Counted from the stretch's first letter, positions 9,173 through 19,951 are shown. The stretch is DNA of 64,000 bases from Thermoanaerobaculia bacterium (GCA_035544675.1 DATKCA010000025.1:35776-99775), one strand, 5' to 3'. The notes: a model not told the origin generated them from the sequence alone. Numbers and translations: made by a program.

Positions 9173-10707
9173 CGTCCCAGCGGGATGCTGCCGAGCAGGT
9201 ATTTCAAGTCGTCGTCGCGCCAGCGGATGCCGCCGCCGAAGGTAATGGCCGTGTCGTTGAGGGCGTTGTCCACTCCGGATGTGAAGAAGACCCGGGGCAG
9301 CTTCTCGCTCTCGCGCCGGAATGTGTACTCGCCGAAGACGCGGATGTGGGGGTTGTCGTCTCGTTTCTGGCCGAAGTCGAATACCTCGCCGGACACGCGG
9401 AGCCGATCGCTCAGGGAGTAGTCGGCGCCGACGCCGCCCGCGGAGTCGAAGAGGCCGATGCGCAGGGCCAGGTCGTCGAGGACCCATCCCACCTGCGCGG
9501 AGACGAGGAAGTCGCGGTCGAACTTCGTGGTGCGAGTCGTGATGGTGCGCGTGCCGCCGGTGAGCGAGTCGGTGATGTTCTCGACCGTGACCTTGTCGCG
9601 GCGCTTGCCACGCGGATCGTCGCTCAGCTCGACGTTGTAGAAGCGGTTCTTCTCCGGGTTGGGCACGAGGCGGAGGCCCACCGCAGTGCGCGAGTTCCCT
9701 CCGAAGTCCCCGGCCTCATCGCCGTCTTCGTCCGCGTCGTTGCTGCGTCCCGCGTAGTAGTCCGCCTTGATCCCGATATCGAGACCGATCTGATTGGCGC
9801 GACCCAGCGTCGTGCGCAGCTCGTTCACTCCGCTCTCGACCGATCCGAGTGCGGTGGTCAGCCGCTGGTGGGCCTCCTCGCTGTAGAGCAGCTTTCCGAC
9901 CGTGCCTTCACCGCTCTTCACCTGTCCGGTGATGGCGTTGAGGTTCTCGGTGGTCACCCGCAGGTCCGCCGACAGGGTTCGGAGGTTGTCGACGAGGCGG
10001 CGGACGTCTTCGCGATTCTCTCCCACCGTCCCGCCGACGGAGCCGGCGGCGCGGTCCAGCGATGCCGCGAGCTTCGGAATCTCCACGCGAAGGCTGGCGG
10101 TGATGTCCCGCACGTTGGCCATCGTCGCGTCGACGTTGTTGCGGTTCGCGGCCACGAGCTGGCGCATCTGAGCCGTGATGTCGCGGACGTTCTCGACGAT
10201 GTCTTCCAGGCTCTGCTGGCCCTGCGGGCTGGCCATGACCGTCTTCAGCGACTCGGTGATCGCCTTGATGTCATTGGCGATCTCGGACACCTGTGTGGTC
10301 ACGTCATCGATGCTGGCCGGCTGGCTTCCGGGAAGGCGGATGGACTCGCCGGTCACCACGCCTGCGCCGGGGGTGCCGGGGTCGAGCTCCACGTATTTCT
10401 CGCCGAGGAGCCCGAGGTTCGCGACGCGTGCAGTGGCGTTGCGGTGGATCTGGACGTCATCGTCGACGTCCAGCGTCACCACGGCCTTCCCGCTCTCCAC
10501 GCGCACGTCGGACACTTTGCCCTTCCGCACGCCGGCCACGCGTACGGCCGATTTCACGTCGAGACCAGCCACGTCATCGAATGCCACCGTGACCTTGCGT
10601 GTGCCCTTGCCCCGCCCGACGTCGATGTCTTCGATCTTCAGAACGAAGTAACCCACTATCGCCAGGATGACGAGCATGAGAACGCCGAGTTTCGCTGCGG
10701 ATGACAT
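9169..10707 (-). CDS. MCE/MlaD-family protein with long C-terminal extension
   Basis: N-terminal TM plus MCE domain (VTVAFDDVAGLDVKSAVRVAGVRKGKV), a coiled-coil middle, and a roughly 230-aa C-terminal region with beta-strand-like periodicity (RVFGEYTF, ITFGGGIRW). Confidence 0.78.
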   Translation of the reverse strand: MSSAAKLGVLMLVILAIVGYFVLKIEDIDVGRGKGTRKVTVAFDDVAGLDVKSAVRVAGVRKGKVSDVRVESGKAVVTLDVDDDVQIHRNATARVANLGLLGEKYVELDPGTPGAGVVTGESIRLPGSQPASIDDVTTQVSEIANDIKAITESLKTVMASPQGQQSLEDIVENVRDITAQMRQLVAANRNNVDATMANVRDITASLRVEIPKLAASLDRAAGSVGGTVGENREDVRRLVDNLRTLSADLRVTTENLNAITGQVKSGEGTVGKLLYSEEAHQRLTTALGSVESGVNELRTTLGRANQIGLDIGIKADYYAGRSNDADEDGDEAGDFGGNSRTAVGLRLVPNPEKNRFYNVELSDDPRGKRRDKVTVENITDSLTGGTRTITTRTTKFDRDFLVSAQVGWVLDDLALRIGLFDSAGGVGADYSLSDRLRVSGEVFDFGQKRDDNPHIRVFGEYTFRRESEKLPRVFFTSGVDNALNDTAITFGGGIRWRDDDLKYLLGSIPLGR

Positions 10708-10778
10708 CGTGGAACTCTCCTGATCGTGCTAGCCCACAGGGTAACCGGGGAACGGGGCAACCGGAAACCGGAAACCGG

Positions 10779-11360
10779 TTACCTGTCGTGGAACGGGTCG
10801 ATGCCGGCGTGGCGCAACATCTGAAACAGCGTAGCAAGCGGCAGTCCCACCACATTGGTATAGCTGCCGTGAATCGAGTCGATGAACATGGCGCCGATTC
10901 CCTGGACTGCGTACGCGCCTGCTTTGTCGAGCGGCTCTCCTGTCCGAACATACCACTCGATCTCGGCGGGGGTCAGCTGCAGCATGCGCACTTCCGACTC
11001 CGCGACGCGCGTCTCGCTGTGGCGGACATCGAGATTCTGCAGCGTCAAGCCCGTGTAGACGACGTGGGTTTTTCCGGCGATCGTGCCGAGCATGCGCGCG
11101 GCATCCGGCCCGTCCAGAGGCTTCTCCAGAAGCTGGTCACCGAGGAGCACGGTGGTGTCGGCGGCGATCACCCAACGCGAGGAGTGCTGCGCTGCGACGG
11201 CCTGGGCCTTGTCCCGGGAGAGGCGGGCCACGTACTCCTCCGGCGCCTCGCCGGGCTGGTGAACTTCCGGGACGTCGCTGGGCACGATCTCGAAGTCGAG
11301 TCCGATCGACGCGAGAAGCTCCCGCCGTCTGGGAGATGACGAGGCCAGGATGAACCTCAA
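10779..11360 (-). CDS. maf: Maf-like nucleoside triphosphate pyrophosphatase / septum formation protein
   Basis: RFILASSSPRRRELL...ADTTV...AYAVQG motifs. Probable TTG start (about 11360) 4 nt over the stop of the upstream toxin-antitoxin ORF. Confidence 0.85.
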   Translation of the reverse strand: MRFILASSSPRRRELLASIGLDFEIVPSDVPEVHQPGEAPEEYVARLSRDKAQAVAAQHSSRWVIAADTTVLLGDQLLEKPLDGPDAARMLGTIAGKTHVVYTGLTLQNLDVRHSETRVAESEVRMLQLTPAEIEWYVRTGEPLDKAGAYAVQGIGAMFIDSIHGSYTNVVGLPLATLFQMLRHAGIDPFHDR

Positions 11361-11795
11361 GCCGCTCTCACGATCGCGAACACGGCGATGAAGCGCGCCT
11401 CGGCCACGACGCGGTAGACGATGCGGAGGTGTCCGGCGCGGTAGCTCCACAGCCCGCGCATCGGATCGAAGAGCGGCGCCCCGATGATCGGATCGTCGTC
11501 GATGGCCACCATCGCCGCGCGCACCAGCGTCTGCTCCTCCGCGCTGAGCGAGGTCCACTCCTTCTCCACGGCCGCGGCCATGCGCAGCCGGTCGTTGCCC
11601 CGGGCCATCCCCAGATCCTCGGAGAGGAGCATGGCGCCGCGGCGGATCTCCTCCTCGGCCGCCGCGATGCGGGCCAGGAGGGCGGCGTCGGCGGCGATGT
11701 CGATGGTCTCCCGCAGGGCGAGGTATTCGTCGTGCGAGACCAGGATCGCCACGGCCCGTTCACCGCGGTGAAAGACGGTGCGGCGGCCGGTCAGC

Positions 11796-12737
<942 letters not shown>

Positions 12738-12815
12738 GAGTCGCGTAGCATAGCAGTGCTTGACATAAAACTTGCTTCGAGGGATTGTGATCAAACGTTT
12801 CGGTCATGGGTGGGC

Positions 12816-14741
12816 ATGCGTAAATTCCTGATTCTGCTTATTGTTGTTGCCGCGGCGCTGCCGCTGTCGGCGCAGTGGCGGCGAGCCGGGCTGCACGGTG
12901 CGGACGTTCGCGCGCTGATCGTGGACCCCGGCAATCCCGATGTTCTCTATTTAGGCACCAGTGGAGGCGAAGTCTACGTCTCGAGCGACGGTGCGAAGAC
13001 GTGGTCGACGCCGCGGAATGGCGTCCCGTTCCCCGGTTACGTCGTCGATAACCTCCTGGTGGACCGCGACGGCAAGCTCTGGGCGGCGTCGTGGGGTCTG
13101 TGGGGCGGCGGCGTGATCGCCGTGTCCACGGACGGCGGCCGCACGTGGGCGCGGCGCGACGCCGGGCTGGAGGACTTCTCGGTCCGCGCCATCGCGGTGG
13201 ATCCGAACGACGCCAGCTTCCTTCTGGCCGGCGGTCTCTCCGGCGTGTATCGCAGCACCAGCGGCGGTGTGGCCTGGGAAAAGATCTCCGACCAGATCAA
13301 CGTGGAGTCGCTGGCCATCGATCCGCGCACGCGCGACCGCATCTACGTCGGCACGTGGCGGCAGGGCATGCGCACCGAGGACGGCGGCAAGAGCTGGAAG
13401 CTGATCAACGACGGGATGGTGCTCGACACGGACATGTTCGCCATCACCATCGACCCGAGCAACCCCGACAACCTGTGGGTCTCGACGTGCGGCTGGGTCT
13501 ACAGCAGCGAGAACCGCGGAGACAAGTGGACGCGGTACAAGGACGGGTTCAACAACCGCCGCATTCACGACATCGACATCGTTCCGGGCGATGGCAACAC
13601 GCTCTACGCGGGGTCGGTGGCCGGGCTCTACCGCTCCGACAACCGCGGCAAGAACTGGTACCCGGTGTCGAGCGAGGACCTGGTCATCAACTCCGTCGTC
13701 CTCCACCCGGAGCAGCCCGACCGCGTGATCCTCGGTATCGAAGGCGATGGCGTCTACGTCTCGCACGATCGCGCCGCCACGTTCACGCGCTCGTCCACCG
13801 GCCTGCACAACCTGCGCATCTCGACTCTGATCGCCGATCCGAACGTGAAGAATCGCGTGTATGCGTCCGTCTCGTTCGGCGGCGCCTCGGGCATTTACAA
13901 GTCTGACGATGCCGGCAAGACGTGGGACCGGTCCAGCGTCACGAAGCTCCCGGACGTGCTGTCGCTGGCGATCTCGACGGAGCAGGGCGCCGAGGTGCGC
14001 TTGCTGGCCGGAACCGACAAGGGGTTCTTCTGGAGCACGGACGGCATGGAGTGGACGCAGGCGCCGCCTTCCGACTTCGCCATCCGCGTGGACAAGGTCG
14101 TGCGCCTCAACGCCACGAGGGCGTTTGCGGCGACGTCCGAGGGCGTCTTCACCACGCGTGACTCGGGAAAGAACTGGTATCGCCTCGCCGGTGCTGATAA
14201 TCGAGCGGCCGACATCGCCGTCGGTGAATTCAACGGGCGTCCCGCACTTCTCGCTCTGACCGCGACCGGTCTCTCGGTCTTCGACGGAGAGCAGTGGATG
14301 CCGGTGGTGAACGCTCCGAAGAAGGGGCGAACCATCGCGGTGCGCCGGTCCGGCAACGTCCAGCATGTATTCATCGCCGGGTCGGAAGGTGTGAAGGCGG
14401 GCCGGATCGACTTCGATGCGCACTGGATTCCGTCGGAGGCGCCCGACGCCCGGTACGCATCGGTGTACGGATCGGCGCGCAGCGCGCTGTTTCTGACCTC
14501 CCGGCAGCAGCGAGAGATCCTCGTGGCCACGCCAGAGGATGCGGACTGGCTCGAGCTGACCCTGCCCACGCAGAACACCGAGGTTACGGCAATCGCGCCG
14601 GATCCGTTCACGGACCGCTACTACGTCGGAACGGTCGGAGAGGGCGTGTACGTGTACGACGGAAAGACGCGCCGTTACGTCGCGCACAAGGCCCGGCCGG
14701 AGGAGCCGGTCGTGTCGGCCGGCGGCGGCGGGTCGCAGTGA
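12816..14741 (+). CDS. secreted BNR/Asp-box repeat protein (sortilin/Ycf48-like beta-propeller)
   Basis: Signal peptide MRKFLILLIVVAAALPLSA, then at least 10 Asp-box motifs (SSDGAKTWS, STDGGRTWA, TEDGGKSWK, SDNRGKNWY, SDDAGKTWD, TRDSGKNWY...). Confidence 0.75.
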   Translation: MRKFLILLIVVAAALPLSAQWRRAGLHGADVRALIVDPGNPDVLYLGTSGGEVYVSSDGAKTWSTPRNGVPFPGYVVDNLLVDRDGKLWAASWGLWGGGVIAVSTDGGRTWARRDAGLEDFSVRAIAVDPNDASFLLAGGLSGVYRSTSGGVAWEKISDQINVESLAIDPRTRDRIYVGTWRQGMRTEDGGKSWKLINDGMVLDTDMFAITIDPSNPDNLWVSTCGWVYSSENRGDKWTRYKDGFNNRRIHDIDIVPGDGNTLYAGSVAGLYRSDNRGKNWYPVSSEDLVINSVVLHPEQPDRVILGIEGDGVYVSHDRAATFTRSSTGLHNLRISTLIADPNVKNRVYASVSFGGASGIYKSDDAGKTWDRSSVTKLPDVLSLAISTEQGAEVRLLAGTDKGFFWSTDGMEWTQAPPSDFAIRVDKVVRLNATRAFAATSEGVFTTRDSGKNWYRLAGADNRAADIAVGEFNGRPALLALTATGLSVFDGEQWMPVVNAPKKGRTIAVRRSGNVQHVFIAGSEGVKAGRIDFDAHWIPSEAPDARYASVYGSARSALFLTSRQQREILVATPEDADWLELTLPTQNTEVTAIAPDPFTDRYYVGTVGEGVYVYDGKTRRYVAHKARPEEPVVSAGGGGSQ

Positions 14742-14745
14742 TCGC

Positions 14746-14830
14746 CCTTAGTCCTTAGGCGTTAGTCCTTAGTCCTTAGGCGTAGAGGTACGGTTCTCCT
14801 AACGCCTAAGGACTAAGGCCTAAGGACTGG
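14746..14830. repeat. REP-like intergenic hairpin built from TTAGTCC/TTAGGCG heptamers (convergent-gene spacer)
   Basis: The left arm ccttagtccttaggcgttagtccttagtccttaggcgt and right arm acgcctaaggactaaggcctaaggact are reverse complements. Overlaps the last 5 codons of the minus-strand gene. Confidence 0.7.
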
Positions 14831-15301
14831 ATTTACGGGATCGTAGTACCGCACGGCCAGGTACCCGAATCCCTTGCGCCCGTACTCGGTCTTCGGATCG
14901 GCGGAGACCACGACCATGATGTTGGGAAGGCGGTCGTCGTAGAGCACGATCGACTTCGAGCGCACGTTCCGTTTGGGCTCGCCGTGAGCCTTCTGCAGAT
15001 ACGTCTTCTGCTCGAAGAACGCAGCCTGCACCTCGGGCAGAAGCGCAAAGAGTTCGAAGCGCACCGAGCGCAGCCGCTCTCGCGAGAACTCGAGCGTCAG
15101 CGCCTTCTCTGCCGAGTAGTCGATGACTACCTCGTCTTCGTTGCGGCCAGGCTTGAGTGTCCATCCCGACTCCATGAGCGTCTGGACGGCAGCGCCCCTG
15201 GCCATGCCGATCGTCAGCCGGAACGACTGCGGAGTCATCCATGACGTCTTGCTGGCCGAGGGAAAGGCAGTGGCGAGGAGAAGTGTCAGCAGTACAGGCA
15301 T
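14813..15301 (-). CDS. hypothetical secreted protein
   Basis: Start at MPVLLTLLLATAFPSAS (signal peptide) within a longer ORF. No recognisable domain. Confidence 0.5.
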   Translation of the reverse strand: MPVLLTLLLATAFPSASKTSWMTPQSFRLTIGMARGAAVQTLMESGWTLKPGRNEDEVVIDYSAEKALTLEFSRERLRSVRFELFALLPEVQAAFFEQKTYLQKAHGEPKRNVRSKSIVLYDDRLPNIMVVVSADPKTEYGRKGFGYLAVRYYDPVNPVLRP

Positions 15302-15308
15302 CGCCGGA

Positions 15309-15980
15309 TCAGTGAACGTACGAGTCGGACTCCGCAACGGCACGACGTGACTGCACGATGGAGGCGGCCAGCATGGCCCGACGGCCGATCTCTTCCCACT
15401 GCTGCGTGCGCACGAGCTCGGGAACCGCGAGCGACCCACCCAGGTTCACGGCGATGCAGCCGGAGTCGAGATAGGCGTCGATCATGTCCAGGGGAACCGG
15501 TCCGCCGGCAAGCATCAGCACGTCGCGGATCGGCCCGCGAATGGTGCGGATGTAATCGGGGCCGCCGAGGTGCTGGGCCGGATAGATCTTGACGATGTCC
15601 GCGCCGGCTTCCCATGCCCTTATGATCTCGGTCGGTGTGGAGGCACCGGCGATGGAGAGCAGATCGTTCTCCACCGCGTACTCGATGACGCGTACGTCCG
15701 TGTGCGGCGAAACGATCACTTGCGCTCCGGCGCGGCGGGCCACGGCGGCGTCGTTGGAGTCGCGGACGGTGCCGGCGGCCAACACGATGTCGCTGTATTT
15801 CTGGCTGAGCGAAGCGATCAGGTCGATGGCGTCGGGCGTGGTCATGGTGATCTCCACGATCTTCACCCCGTTCCGCGCATAAGCCTCGGCCACGGCGTGA
15901 GCGGCCTCACGGGAATCCTCCCGGACCACACCGATGATCTGCTCTTTACTGACCTTCTCCAGAAGCTCTTTTCGCGACAT
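15309..15980 (-). CDS. eda: KDPG/KHG aldolase
   Basis: TIM-barrel Eda family (GVKIVEITMTTPDA...AGTV...GAQVIVSPH...IKIYPA). Start at MSRKELLEK. Confidence 0.85.
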   Translation of the reverse strand: MSRKELLEKVSKEQIIGVVREDSREAAHAVAEAYARNGVKIVEITMTTPDAIDLIASLSQKYSDIVLAAGTVRDSNDAAVARRAGAQVIVSPHTDVRVIEYAVENDLLSIAGASTPTEIIRAWEAGADIVKIYPAQHLGGPDYIRTIRGPIRDVLMLAGGPVPLDMIDAYLDSGCIAVNLGGSLAVPELVRTQQWEEIGRRAMLAASIVQSRRAVAESDSYVH

Positions 15981-16063
15981 GGCGGTAGCGTAACACGCCC
16001 CGGAGCAACGCCATTTTCGAGCGCATCGAAATGCTAAGCTTGGAGCGGGTCCAGGAGGATTCA

Positions 16064-16999
16064 GTGGCATTCGCGAACAAAGCCATCAATGAGGTGACGG
16101 TGAAGCTCGTCTATTACGGGCCCGGCCTCTGCGGAAAAACGACCAACCTCGAGATGATCTACGGGAATCCGAAGCTCGAGAACAAGGGCAAGATGATCTC
16201 GATGTCGACGGAAACCGATCGCACGCTCTTCTTCGACTTCCTGCCGATGGAGCTCGGGACGGTGGGCGGGCAGAAGGTGCGCGTTCAGCTCTATACGGTG
16301 CCCGGTCAGGTGTTCTACGACGCGACGCGCAAGCTCGTGCTGCGCGGGACGGACGGCGTGGTGTTCGTGGCCGACTCGCAGGAGTCCATGCGCGAGTCGA
16401 ACCTGGAGAGCCTGGAGAATCTCAAGACCAACCTGCGCGTGAACCGCATCGATCCGGAAAAGGTAGCCCTCGTCTTCCAGTACAACAAGCGCGACCTGCC
16501 GGAAGTCGATACCGTCGAGGAGTTGAACTCGTACCTGAACCCCGGCCATCTGCCGGCCGTCGAGGCGGTTGCCGTGCAGGGCACCGGCGTGACGGCGACG
16601 TTGCGCGCCGCCATCAGCAGGATCCTCGACAACCTCAAGAACAACGTGGACATCAGTCTGGCCGGGGAAGCGCCGCTGGCGGCGCCGGACATGACCGCGC
16701 GCTCGGGCGCGGCGGCGGGAAGCGGAAGGTTGTCGATGCGCGGTGGCGCGCCGGCCGCTCAGGCTCAGGGCCAGGGTCCCTCCGAAGAGGATCCGTTCGG
16801 AGCGGTCGCGGTGGCGGAGATCGAGTCTTCATCCGAGGAGCTCTTCTCCGCGAAGGGGATCGCGGACGTGGTGATGGATCGGGCCCAGCTCGAGAGTCTG
16901 GTCGTGGCATCGCGCGAAGTCGTGAAGGCTCTCGAGGCGGCGCTGGCCCGGGCCAGGGAACAGGAGCGCGCGCTCGCCCAGAAGTTGCAGTCGCAGTAG
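16064..16999 (+). CDS. mglA: MglA-like Ras-family GTPase with about 120-aa low-complexity/coiled-coil C-terminal extension
   Basis: KLVYYGPGLCGKTTN, TETDRTLFFDFLP and LYTVPGQVFYDA/NKRDLP match MglA G1-G4 motifs. Likely GTG start 6 nt after AGGAGG. The tail is Ala/Gln-rich then coiled coil (ALEAALARAREQERALAQKLQSQ). Confidence 0.82.
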   Translation: MAFANKAINEVTVKLVYYGPGLCGKTTNLEMIYGNPKLENKGKMISMSTETDRTLFFDFLPMELGTVGGQKVRVQLYTVPGQVFYDATRKLVLRGTDGVVFVADSQESMRESNLESLENLKTNLRVNRIDPEKVALVFQYNKRDLPEVDTVEELNSYLNPGHLPAVEAVAVQGTGVTATLRAAISRILDNLKNNVDISLAGEAPLAAPDMTARSGAAAGSGRLSMRGGAPAAQAQGQGPSEEDPFGAVAVAEIESSSEELFSAKGIADVVMDRAQLESLVVASREVVKALEAALARAREQERALAQKLQSQ

Positions 17000-17019
17000 C
17001 CGGTGACGCACGACACTCG

Positions 17020-17733
17020 ATGACGTGGTACCAGGAGTGGTTCGGCGAGGAGTACCTCGAGCTCTACTCCTATCGCGACGAGACCGAAGCGAAGAAGCAG
17101 GTCGCGTTCTTCAACAGGCAGTTCGGCTCGATCGGCGGGCCCGTTCTCGACCTGGCCTGCGGGATGGGCCGGCACATGCAGGAGCTCGCCGCCGCCGGGT
17201 ATCAAGGCGTCGGGTGCGACCTCTCCTGGGTCCTCCTCCGAACAGGGGAGATCGAATACGGCGCGATGCCTGTGGCGCGCGCGGACATGCGGATGCTTCC
17301 TTTCCGCGACGCGACGTTCCGCGGCCTGGTCAGCTTCTTCACGAGCTTCGGCTATTTCCCGACCGAGAGGGAGAATGCGCACGTGGTCAGCGAGATGTCG
17401 CGCGTGCTGGACGGCGGTGCGGCCTTTCTGTTCGACTATCTCAACGTTCATCGCGAGCTCGAGAAGATGGTCCAGCGCGAGACACGGCAGACTCCTCTCG
17501 GCGAAGTGGCGATCGAGCGATGGTTCGACGGCTCCGACCGCTCCTTCAACAAACGGATCACGATCGGTGATAAACGCTATCTGGAACGTGTACGCGGCTA
17601 CGATCTCGACGAAATCGCGGTGATGTTCGCCTCATGCAATCTCTCGATTCGCCACGCATTCGGGAACTTCGACGGCTCGGAGTTCACCAGGACTTCGCCG
17701 CGCCTCATCCTCGTGGGGAGCAAGAGCCGGTGA
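17020..17733 (+). CDS. class I SAM-dependent methyltransferase
   Basis: VLDLACGMGRH motif I and methyltransferase fold. Confidence 0.75.
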   Translation: MTWYQEWFGEEYLELYSYRDETEAKKQVAFFNRQFGSIGGPVLDLACGMGRHMQELAAAGYQGVGCDLSWVLLRTGEIEYGAMPVARADMRMLPFRDATFRGLVSFFTSFGYFPTERENAHVVSEMSRVLDGGAAFLFDYLNVHRELEKMVQRETRQTPLGEVAIERWFDGSDRSFNKRITIGDKRYLERVRGYDLDEIAVMFASCNLSIRHAFGNFDGSEFTRTSPRLILVGSKSR

Positions 17734-19232
17734 CCGACCCGGCCTGTCTGAGCATCCCGCTCCAGGACTATCCGGGCATGAACCGGTTCGTCCTCGACTG
17801 GATGAGCGGTGACACACGGTTTCTGCGGCGGGATGAGCGGAGCGACGCGCGGGCCGCGCGGCGACGGCCGCCGCCCCACCTCGTCGACGCGCTCATCGCC
17901 TCCAATCGCCAGTGGGGACTCTTCGTCGACGAGCAGTTGCGCCGGTGGGGCCGCGGCCAGACCGTCACCCTGATTGCGGGCCAGCAGGTGGGCTTCGCCG
18001 GCGGTCCGCTCTACACGCTGGCCAAGCTGGCGTCGCTGCTCAAGATGAAGCGCGAGCTCGAGGCGGCCGGCACGCCGGCGACCGCGTTCTTCTGGATGGC
18101 CACCGAGGATCACGACTTCGAGGAGGTGGCGTCGCTGTCGCTGCCGATGAGGACCGGGCAGCTCGATCTCCTGCGCGTCCGCGCCTCGCTCTCCGTCGAA
18201 TCGAGGGCCATGGTGGGCCCGCTGCCCGTCCCGGAGACGCTCATCGCCCAGTTCCTGACGGTGTTCGAGATGCCGCGACCGCAGTGGCTGCGCGAAGGCA
18301 TCACGTTTCGCGACTCCTTCGCGGAGCTCATTGCCGCCGTGGCCGGTGACGAGATCGTGCTCGTGGACGCGCTTCTCCCCGAGCTCCGCCGGGCCGGCGC
18401 GCCGCTGCTGGAGTCGATCTTCGAGAAGTGGGACGAAATGCAGCGCGCGCTGCGCTACCGCTCGGGCGAGCTCGAGAACAGCGGATACGTTCCCCAGGTC
18501 GCCGCGCGCGATGACGGGATGTACACGCTGTTGTTCGAGATCGCCCACGGGGAGCGGACGATCCTCGACCGGCCGAAGTCGCTCGATCCCCAACGCGTGT
18601 CCACGTCGGCGCTCACGCGCCCTCTCCTCCAGGATTTCGTGTTTCAGCCGGATGTCTTCCTCGGCGGGCCGGCCGAGGTGGCGTATTACGCCCAGCTCGC
18701 GCCGCTGCACGAGATGCTGTCCGTCCCCGTGCCCCGCGTCGGCCTGCGCGGTCACCTGCTCGTGGCGCCGCGGCGTCTCCTGCGCTTCATCGACCGGCTC
18801 GCGATCAGGCCTTCGGAGATCTTCTCGTCCCCCGACGCGCTGCTGGCGGAACGGGAGCCGGAGGCGGTCGGCGAGATCCGCCGCCTCAGCGGGGAGATGC
18901 GCAGGGAGCTGATGGAGTACGTCTCGCGCATCGCCGATCTGGCACTCCCGGCCGATCACTCCCTGGCCCGGGCCATCAATCGTTCCGTCGGGCACCTCGA
19001 GTATCACGTGAACAAGCTCGCCGAGCGCGCGGTCAAGGGCGTAGCCCGGAAGGACCGCGAGCGGTACGCCGCGGCGCGCGATCTCGTGGCCACGCTGTAC
19101 CCCGACGGCCAGGTTCAGGACCGCATCGCGGCGTGGTTCCCGCTCTGGCACGAGCACGGGAGTCACCTGATGACGCGCTTCATCGACGAGGTGGAGCCCG
19201 ATACCGCTTCATTCAAGGTGATTTCTTTATGA
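17730..19232 (+). CDS. bshC: bacillithiol biosynthesis cysteine-adding enzyme BshC
   Basis: About 500-aa BshC-family architecture (N-terminal Rossmann-like region with GQQVGFAGGPLYTLAKLASLL, C-terminal coiled coil). Start ambiguous: GTG 17730 overlapping the upstream stop, or ATG 17778. Confidence 0.78.
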   Translation: MTDPACLSIPLQDYPGMNRFVLDWMSGDTRFLRRDERSDARAARRRPPPHLVDALIASNRQWGLFVDEQLRRWGRGQTVTLIAGQQVGFAGGPLYTLAKLASLLKMKRELEAAGTPATAFFWMATEDHDFEEVASLSLPMRTGQLDLLRVRASLSVESRAMVGPLPVPETLIAQFLTVFEMPRPQWLREGITFRDSFAELIAAVAGDEIVLVDALLPELRRAGAPLLESIFEKWDEMQRALRYRSGELENSGYVPQVAARDDGMYTLLFEIAHGERTILDRPKSLDPQRVSTSALTRPLLQDFVFQPDVFLGGPAEVAYYAQLAPLHEMLSVPVPRVGLRGHLLVAPRRLLRFIDRLAIRPSEIFSSPDALLAEREPEAVGEIRRLSGEMRRELMEYVSRIADLALPADHSLARAINRSVGHLEYHVNKLAERAVKGVARKDRERYAAARDLVATLYPDGQVQDRIAAWFPLWHEHGSHLMTRFIDEVEPDTASFKVISL

Positions 19233-19951
19233 GCGAACCGGTGGATCTGTTGTTTGTGGGCGCGCATCCGGACGACGTGGAGCTCGCCTGCGGCGGCACG
19301 GTCGCGCGCGCGGTGAAGTCCGGCCTGCGCGTCGGTGTGCTCGACCTCACCCGCGGCGAGATGGGCACTCGCGGCACTGCGCAGACACGCAAGCGCGAAG
19401 CCCAGACTTCCGCGCGGATCCTCGGCGCCGCCTTCCGCAAACAGCTCGACTTCGGCGACGGAAACCTGCGCACCGGCCGCGAGGAGGAGATGGAGCTCAT
19501 CGAGCTCATTCGCGCCACGAGGCCGAAGCTCGTCTTCACTCCGCTTCCCGATGACCGGCATCCCGATCACACGCGCACCGGGAAGATCGTCACCGAGGCC
19601 TCGTTTTATGCCGGGTTGAGACAGATCAGGACCGGCACCGCGGCACACCGCCCTCAAACGGTCGTCTATTACCTGCAGAACTATCAGTTTCCGCCGACAT
19701 TCATCGTCGATGTCACGAGGAGCTGGGACACGAAGATGAAGGCGGTCCGGGCTTTCAAATCACAGTTCCACGATCCGAAATCGAAGGAGCCGCGAACGTT
19801 CATCTCCAATCCGGAGTTTCTGAAGGCGATCGATGCCCGGGGCCGTCACTTCGGCATCCTCATCGGAGCGACGTACGGCGAGGCTTACATCACGAAACAG
19901 CCCCCGCGGCTGGATGACATGATCGCGGCATACGGGGGACGGGAGGTTTAG
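19229..19951 (+). CDS. bshB: bacillithiol biosynthesis deacetylase BshB1 (LmbE/PIG-L family)
   Basis: VGAHPDDVELACGGT...HPDH zinc-binding LmbE motifs. ATGA overlap with the bshC stop. Confidence 0.85.
   Translation: MSEPVDLLFVGAHPDDVELACGGTVARAVKSGLRVGVLDLTRGEMGTRGTAQTRKREAQTSARILGAAFRKQLDFGDGNLRTGREEEMELIELIRATRPKLVFTPLPDDRHPDHTRTGKIVTEASFYAGLRQIRTGTAAHRPQTVVYYLQNYQFPPTFIVDVTRSWDTKMKAVRAFKSQFHDPKSKEPRTFISNPEFLKAIDARGRHFGILIGATYGEAYITKQPPRLDDMIAAYGGREV

Noticed and set aside
9166-10704. 512-aa plus-strand ORF mirror-imaging the MCE gene
   Set aside because: Antisense artefact. The minus-strand frame has a clear MCE domain and operon coupling with ddl.
12951-14687. 578-aa minus-strand ORF inside the BNR protein gene
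   Set aside because: Arg-rich and low-complexity. The plus frame carries at least 10 Asp-box repeats and a signal peptide.
17598-19166. 522-aa minus ORF antisense to bshC, and similar antisense ORFs at 22215..23672, 24138..25478, 29584..31863, 40154..41227, 48775..49743 and 56085..57290
   Set aside because: All are Arg/Gly/Asp-rich with no domain signatures. The opposite strand carries well-supported genes.
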